Assembly (NCBI GenBank): GCA_963750165.1
Contig: CAVVPN010000003.1
Span: 2,784,001 to 2,848,000 of the forward strand
Origin: an uncultured Gemmataceae bacterium
GTDB lineage: Bacteria; Planctomycetota; Planctomycetia; Gemmatales; Gemmataceae
Direction: 5' to 3'
DNA: 64,000 nt
Numbering within the stretch: position 1 is the first letter of the stretch; each line of letters starts with the position of its first letter. The position numbers and the translations under genes are program-made. Under the pieces are notes generated by a model. That model did not search any database, was not told the DNA's origin, and saw nothing but the letters and a program-made list of their open reading frames with translations. Shown piece after piece: positions 20,227-29,200 of the stretch.

Positions 20227-23200
20227 GTGCTACATTCTCTGAATCGCGTGTGGTCCAAGCGGAAGAGCATGTTCCGGCGTCAAGGCGACGCAGTCACCCA
20301 GGCGCGCAAGCCGTTCCGCCCTGCCCTGGAAGCGCTCGAAGGCCGCGTCGTTCCCGCCTTCGCCATCCGGGCGACCGAGTTCGACAGCCTCAAGAACGTG
20401 GTCGCTTCGAGCACGCAAACCAGCCCGAGCGGCCCTGGCAGCGCCTTCAACGCCATCTTCACTCTGCCGGATTTCAGCATCACCATCGTCGGCAACAACT
20501 CGAACATCGGCTCCACCTACGCCGCCCACAGCACCACGATCAACATGCTGTACACCGGCCCGACCGGGGCCAACTCGGACAGCATTCTCATTGAGGTCCT
20601 GGGCGACAGCTACGTCACCCCCAGCGCTGGCCCGGCCCAAATCACCAGCAACGCCTCCCCCAGCACCTCCGGACTGCAGGCGAGCACTGTCACCATGACC
20701 AGCGGCGTGCTCAACGGCGACGTCGCGCTGTCGGGCACGCCAGGCACCACGCTGAACGGCCAGTTGGGGCAGACGATGGGGGCGGGCTCGATCGGTTCGG
20801 CGTCGAGCGTCCTGTCGCCCAACCCAACCGTGTCCGGTTCGGTCTTCACGCTCGCCAACCCGTTCACGTTCTACCAGACCTACACGTTCGGCGGGTTTAA
20901 CACCACCGGCCAGGCTGGTTCCATGTCGGCGGGCTCGGAGGTCGATGCCGTCCCCAACGCGAACAACCCGCACATCGCCATCGTCAAGTTGACCAACGGT
21001 ACCAACAATGATGACCCGCCCACCCCGGGTGTGCCGGACGGCCCCATCGTGATGGTGGGTAGCACGGTCACCTGGACCTACAACGTCACCAACCCGGGCA
21101 ACGAACCGATCGCCAACGTGAACGTCACCGATAACATCGCCGGGGTCAACCCACTGCCGGTGCTCTCGGGCAGCTTCAACGTCGGCGACACCAACGACAA
21201 CGGCCTGCTCGACCCCGGCGAGACCTGGGTGTACACCGCCACCGGCATCGCCACACTCGGCCAGTACAGCAACGTCGGCACCGTCACCGGCACCAGCACC
21301 ATCACCAACACCCCCGTCGCTTCCGATAACCCCGACCACTACTTCGGCGTTCCGGTCACCCCGACCATCACGACCCAGCAGACGCCGCTGACGGGCCCCG
21401 TCGGCACCTCGACCAACGACACGGCGATCGTCACCGGGTACTACCCGACCGGGACGGTCACGTTCAACCTGTACGACAACCCGAACGGCACCGGCACCTC
21501 GTTGTTCACCGACACCGAGCCGTTGGTCATCACCCCCGAGGAGCCACTGGTCGGGGTGGCGACCTCGACCGATTTTACGATCACTGCCCCCGGCACCTAC
21601 TACTGGGTGGCCACCTACAACGGCGACAACCTGAACAACAACCCGGTCACGAGCACGACGGACGGCGAGCCGGTGGTCGTCGCCACCCCGGCCATCAACA
21701 TCGTCAAGCTGACCAACGGCACCAACAACGATAGCCCGCCCGTCGCCGGCACGCCCGACGGCCCCATCGTGCCGGTCGGCAGCACCGTCACCTGGACCTA
21801 CAACGTCACCAACCCCGGCACGGAGCCGATCGCCAACGTCGCCGTCAGCGACAACATCGCGGGCGTCAACCCGACCCCGGTGCTCTCGGGCGGCTTCAAC
21901 GTCGGCGACGCCAACGACAACGGTCTGCTCGACCCCGGCGAGACCTGGGAGTTCACCGCCAGCGGCACGGCCACCGCCGGCCAGTACAGCAACATCGGCA
22001 CCGTCACCGGCACCAGCACCATCACCAACACGCCGGTCAGCGCCACCAATCCGGACCACTACTACGGCTACACGACGAATATCAACATCGTCAAGTTGAC
22101 CAACGGCACCAACAACGACAACCCGCCCGTCGCGGGCGTGCCCGACGGCCCAACGGTGCCCGTGGGCAGCACCGTCACCTGGACCTACAACGTCACCACC
22201 ACGGGCAACGTGCCACTCTCGAGCGTCGCCGTTAGCGACAACATCGCGGGCGTCAACCCGACCCCGGTGCTCTCGGGCGGCTTCAACGTCGGCGACACCA
22301 ACCAGGACGGCCTGCTCGAGGCCGGTGAGACCTGGGAGTTCACCGCCAGCGGCACGGCCATCGCCGGCCAGTACAGCAACATCGGCACCGCCACCGGCAC
22401 CCCGAGCACCCCGAGCGGCACCCCCATCCCCGGCGCCCCGCCGCAGACCTCCACCAACCCGGACCACTACTACGGCACGCTGTCGCTGGGCGACTTCGTC
22501 TGGAACGACGTGAACGCCAACGGCATCCAGGACAGCAGCGACCTGACCAGCAACGGCATCAACGGCGTGCTCGTCGATCTCGAGAACAGCGGCGGCACCG
22601 TCATCGCCACCACCACCACGGGCAATAACCCGGTGGGCGGCGCCCCCGGCTACTACCAGTTCAGCGGTCTGCTGCAGGGCACCTACACCGTCGTCATCGA
22701 CAGCAGCAACTTCGCCAGCGGCGGCGCCCTGGCCAGCTACTCGGCCACGCCGAGCATGGTTGCCGGCAGCACCACCGCCAACGACAGCAACGGCAGCCCG
22801 GCTTCTGTCACGCTGACCACGGCCAACGACGAGACCATCGACTTCGGCTACTTCAAGCCGGGCATCAACATCGTCAAGTTGACCAACGGCACCAACAACG
22901 ACAACCCGCCCGTGGCGGGCACCCCTGACGGCCCGACGGTGCCGGTGGGCTCGACGGTGACCTGGACCTACAACGTCACCAACCCCACGGGCGTGGCGCT
23001 GAGCAGCGTCAGCGTCAGCGACAACATCGCGGGCGTCAACCCGACCCCCGTCCTCTCGGGCGGCTTCAACGTCGGCGACACCAACCACGACGGCCTGCTG
23101 GAAATGGGCGAGACCTGGGTGTTCACCGCCACAGGCACCGCCATCGCCGGCCAGTACAGCAACATCGGCACCGCCACGGGCACGCCGGTGACGCCGACCG

Positions 23201-26200
23201 GCGGCACCATCCCGGGCGCCACGCCGGTCAGCGCCACCAACCCGGACCACTACTACGGCACGCTGTCGGTCGGCGACTTCGTCTGGAACGACGTGAACGC
23301 CAACGGCATCCAGGACAGCAGCGACCTGACCAGCAACGGCATCAACGGCGTGCTCGTCGATCTGAAGAACAGCAGCGGCACCGTCATCGCCACCACCACC
23401 ACCGGCAACAACCCGGTCGGCGGCGCCCCTGGTTACTACCAGTTCAGCGGCCTGCTGCAGGGCAGCTACACCGTCGTCATCGACAGCAGCAACTTCGCCA
23501 GCGGCGGCGCCCTGGCGGGCTACACGGCCACGCCGAGCATGGTTGCCGGCAGCACCCCCGCCAACGACAGCAACGGCAGCCCGGCCGCCGTCACGCTGAC
23601 CACGGCCAACGACGAGACCATCGACTTCGGCTACTTCAAGCCGGGCATCAACATCGTCAAGCTGACCAACGGCACCAACAACGACAGCCCGCCGGTGGCC
23701 GGCACGCCCGACGGCCCGACGGTGCCGGTGGGCTCGACGGTGACCTGGACTTACAACGTCACCAACCCCACGGGCGTGGCGCTGAGCAGCGTCAGCGTCA
23801 GCGACAACATCGCGGGCGTCAACCCGACCCCGGTGCTCTCGGGCGGCTTCAACGTCGGCGACACCAACCACGACGGCCTGCTGGAAATGGGCGAGACCTG
23901 GGTGTTCACCGCGAGCGGCACCGCCATCGCCGGCCAGTACAGCAACATCGGCACCGCCACCGGCACGCCGGTGACGCCGACCGGCGGCACCATCCCGGGC
24001 GCCACGCCGGTCAGCGCCACCAACCCGGACCACTACTACGGCACGCTGTCGGTCGGCGACTTCGTCTGGAACGACGTGAACGCCAACGGCATCCAGGACA
24101 GCAGCGACCTGACCGGCAACGGCATCAACGGCGTGCTGGTCGATCTCGAGAACAGCGGCGGCACCGTTATCGCCACCACCACCACGGGCAACAACCCGGT
24201 CGGCGGCGCCCCTGGCTACTACCAGTTCAGCGGCCTGCTCCAGGGCACCTACACCGTCGTCATCGACAGCAGCAACTTCAACACCGGCGGCGCCCTCTTC
24301 GGCTACACGCCCACGCCGAGCATGGCCGCCGGCAGCACCCCGGCCAACGACAGCAACGGCAGTCCGGCACCCGTCACGCTGACCACGGCCAACGACGAGA
24401 CCATCGACTTCGGCTACATCAGGCCGACCCCTATCACCATCACCACCACGCCTGGCGGTCCGGTGGCCATCGGCACGCCCAGCCTGGTCGTGACCAAGAC
24501 GGCCAACGTGACCGCCGCCTTGCCGTTCCAGCCCGTGACCTACACCTACACGGTCACCAACACGGGGAACGCTCCGGCGACCAACGTGTCCCTGGTCGAT
24601 GACGACGGCTTGCCGAGCATGCCTGCGTATTCCTTCACCCCGGCGCCGGTCACGACGACCTACAACGGCCAGACCTACAACGTCGGCGACGCCAACCACG
24701 ACGGGCTGCTCAGCCCCGGCGAGACGTGGCAGTTCACCGCCACCGTCATCCCGCCCGTGACCGAGTCGCAGGTCATCAACGGCACCGATGTGTCCGTCGG
24801 CACCCTGATCGTCCAGCACCCCACCAGCGGGCCGTACGCCGGCGACTACGAGGTCACCTTCCTGCAGAGCCTGGGCCTGGTGGACAACACCTACGGCACC
24901 AACGCCTCCTCCGGCTGGGGCACGCACGGCCACACCTTCAGCGACCTGACCGGCAGCGACGGCGCCGACTTCCAGTTCATCGACAGCAGGGGCAACACCG
25001 TCCTGCAGTTCGAGGCGGACTACGTCAGCCAGGGCAGTTCCATGACCCTGCCCAACGGCACCACGGTCAACTACCCGTCCGGCTACGGCACCCTCGGCCT
25101 GGGCGGCGACGGCAGCCTGAGCGTCGGCAACGGCAGTAACATCCTGGCCATCAACACCACCATTACCCAGGACCTGAACCAGTCGTCGGCCTACTACGGT
25201 TTCACCACCAACTCGCCGACCCCGGGCTCCAGCCTGGACGCCAACTGGAACAACGTGGACGGCTACACGGTGGTCGTCAGCCCCGCCACGTTCGGGGCCA
25301 ACGGCTTCGGTTCGGTGAGCATCCCGTACGTCCACGACTCGCCGTCCAAGCTGTCCAGCACCATCCGGTTCACCCCGGTCGCCGAGCCCTCGACGGTCAC
25401 CAACACCGTCACGGTCACCGCCACCGCCGCCGGCACGACCAATCAGGTCACCGGCAGTGCCACGACGAACGTGCAAATCGTGCCCGGCGGCCCCACCATG
25501 CAGAACACCGCCTCGATCGGCCTGCCGACGACGTTCGCGCCGCCGGCCACGCCCTTGACCGACTCGGCGACGCTGTCCGGCGGGAACAGCCCGACCGGCA
25601 CGATCACGTTCTACCTGTTCGCACCGGGGGTCACACCCAACGCCAACAACAGCAACAACGTCTACAGCACCACGGTCGCCGTCAGCCACGGCAACGGGAC
25701 GTACTCCACGCCGGCGACGGGCTACGCGCCGCAGACGACCGGCACGTATCAGTGGGTGGCCGTTTACAGCGGTGACGGTAGCAACGCCAGTGTCACCAGC
25801 CCCTTCGGCTCCGAGCCCGAAGCCGTCAGCCCGCCGATCTTCATCGCCACCACGCCCGGCGGCACGGTGGACCTCAACTCGCCCAGCCTGGTCATCACCA
25901 AGACGGCCAACGCGACCGCCGTGTTGCCGTTCCAGCCCGTGACCTACACCTACACGGTCAGCAACAACGGCAGCGCCGCCGCGACCAATGTGTCCGTGGT
26001 GGACGACAACGGCACGCCGGGCTCCACCGGCGATGATTTCAGTCCGGCGCCGGTCACGACGACCTACAACGGCCAGACCTACAACGTCGGCGACGCCAAC
26101 CACGACGGCCTGCTCAGCCCCGGCGAGACGTGGCAGTTCACCGCCACCGTCATCCCGCCCGTGACCGAGTCGCAGGTCATCAACGGCACCGACGTCGATG

Positions 26201-29200
26201 TCGGCACGCTCAGCGTGCAGCAGCTGCCGTCCGGCGACTACAAGGTCACGTTCCTGCAGAGCCTGGGCCTGGTGGACAACACCTACGGCACCAACGCCTC
26301 CTCCGGCTGGGGCACGCAGGGCCACAAGTTCAGCGACCTGACCGGCAGCGACGGCGCCGACTTCCAGTTCACCGACGGCAGGGGCAACACCGTCCTGCAG
26401 TTCGAGGCGGACTACGTCAGCCAGTCCAGCTCCTTCCCCTCTGACTACGGCACGCTCGGTCTGGGCGGTGACGGCAGCCTGAGCGTCGGCAACAGCGCCT
26501 GGATCAGGTCCATCGACACCACCATCACCGACGACCTGAACCAGTCGCCGGCCTACTACGGTTTCACCACCAACTCGCCCACGCCCGGCACCACTCTGGA
26601 CGCCAGCTGGAACAACGTGGACGGCTACACGGTGGTCATCAGTTCTGCCGCGTTCGGGGCCAACGGCTTCGGTTCGGTGAGCATCCCGTACGTCCACGAC
26701 TCGCCGTCCAAGCTGTCCGGCACCATCCGGTTCACCCCGGTCGCCGAGCCTTCCACCGTGACGAACAACGTGACGGTCACGGCCACCGGCGTCGGCTCCA
26801 CCACCCAGGTCACGGCCAACACCGGCGTCTCGGTGCAGATCGTGCCGGGCGGCCCGGCCAACCCCACCCCGGTCACTGCGTCCTCGTCGTCCGCGGCGAT
26901 GCCCACGCAGTTGACCGACTCGGCGACGATCACCGGTGGCAACAACCCGACCGGCACGGTCACCTTCTACCTGTTCGCGCCCGGGGTCACGCCCAACGCG
27001 ACCTTCAGCAACAACGTCTTCACCACCGCGGTCACGGTGAACGGCGCCGGAACCTATCCCACGCCGAGCGGCTACACGCCGATGCAGACGGGCACCTACC
27101 AGTGGGTGGCGGTCTACAGCGGCGACAGCAACAATCCGGGCGTCACCAGCCCGTTCGGCAGCGAGCCTGAGACGGTCGGGCCGCCGGTCGCCATCAGCAC
27201 GACGCCCGGCGGCACGGTGGCCCTGGTCAACGGCGTGGCGAGCGGCGCGTTGACCGACTCGGCGACGATCTCGGGCGGCTACAGACCGGGCGGTTCGGTC
27301 ACGTTCTACCTGTACGCGCCGGGCGTCACCCCCGACGCCCTCAACGACAACTACGTCTACACCGTCACGGTGCCGGTCACCGGCGACGGGACCTACACCA
27401 CGCCGGGCGGCTTCACGCCGACGATGGCATTGTCGGGCCTGGGCACCTACGAGTGGGTGGCCGTCTACAGCGGCGACCTCAACAACGCCGGGGTTTCGTC
27501 GCCCTTCAGCGACGAGCCGGAGATCGTCAACGGCGGCACCCCGAACGTGGTCGTGACCAAGACGGCCGACCGGTCCAGCATCGCGGCGGGAATGACGGCC
27601 GGATACACCGTCACGATCACCAGCACCGGCACCGGCACCGCCACCGGGGTGACGCTGAGCGACCCGCTGCCGGCTGGTTCTGGCGGCGACGTCAACTGGA
27701 TGATCGACGGCACGGTGGGCTCCCCGGCCGATTTCACCATCACCGGATCGCCGGGGCACCAGAGCCTGACGTTGTCGTCGTACTTCCTGACCACCCTGGG
27801 AGACAGCCTGGCCCCCGGCGCGAGCATCTCCGTCCACATCACCAGCCCGACGAACACGGGAGACGCCAACGGCGGCGCCCTGGCGAGCAGTTTCAACACA
27901 GCCGGCACTGCCGCCTCCGGTTTCGTCACCCTGGGCACGGCGAGCAATTACAGCGTGCTCGGGCTCATTAACACGGCCATCACCAACAGCGCCGTCACCA
28001 TCACGGGCAACGAGGGCGTGTCGCAGGGCGGCTCGCTCTCGAACATGGCTTCCTCGTCCATCACCGGTAACGTTTACGAGTATGCCAGCGGGCAATACTC
28101 GGGCCCGGGCATCCTGGGCGGGTCGGTCATCACCAACGCCAGTTTGCTCGCCCAGAACGATACGGACGCCCTCAATGCCTCGACCGCCGCTGCGGGGCTG
28201 AGCGCCACGCAGACCTTCGGGAACATCACCGCCGCGACCACCGTTAATGGCAACGGCGGCCTCAACGTGATTGATATCAACGGCAACATCAACCTCAACA
28301 ATGCCTCGCTGACCCTGAGCGGTTCCGCCTCGGACGTGTTCATCGTCAACGTGACCGGGAACGCCACCTTCGGGGGAACCGGTGGTTTGATGCTGGGCAG
28401 CGGCGTGACGGTCAACCACGTGCTGTACAACTTTACGGGCACCGTCGGCGGCCCTGCCGGCACCATCACTTCCCACGTCGGCAACGTCTTCTACGGGACG
28501 CTGCTGGCTCCCCATGAAAGTTTCAACCTCGACGGCAGCTTCGTCGGCGAGATCATCGGCGGCGGCTCGGCGGGCATCCAACTGCTTTCCAACGCCACGG
28601 TCAACGCCAACGTCATGAGCCTGCCGAACGGCCTGAGCAACACGGCCACGGTCACGGCCAGCGGCGTCGCGTCGCAGCAAGCTTCGGCCACGATCACGAT
28701 CGCGCAGCCGGGCACCATCAGCGGCACCAAGTTCCTTGACACGACCGGCAAAGGCTTCGGCGGCACCAACTCCCCGCTCGGCGGCGTGCCGATCAACCTC
28801 TACAACGACACCAACAACAACGGCGTCCTTGACGGTGGCGACTCCCTGGTCGCCACCACCACCACCTCGACGGTCGCGGGGCAAGTCGGCACCTACTCCT
28901 TCACCGGGCTGGCGCCGGGCACTTACTTCGTGCAGGAGGTGGTCCCCTCCGGCTACGTCCAGACCGGCGGCGGCCCGAACGGCTCGGCCGGCGCCACCTA
29001 CTACACCGTCACCGTCCAGTCCGGTCAGGCCTACGCCGGCAACAACTTCGACGACTACCAGACCCCGACCTGCGCCCCCACCAACGTCAGCTACTACGTC
29101 GTCAACAACGGCAGCACGACGTCGTACAGCAACCTGAGCGGCAACACCAACCAGGGTAACTCGGTGACGGCGGTGTTCACCGTCACGATGACCGAGACGC

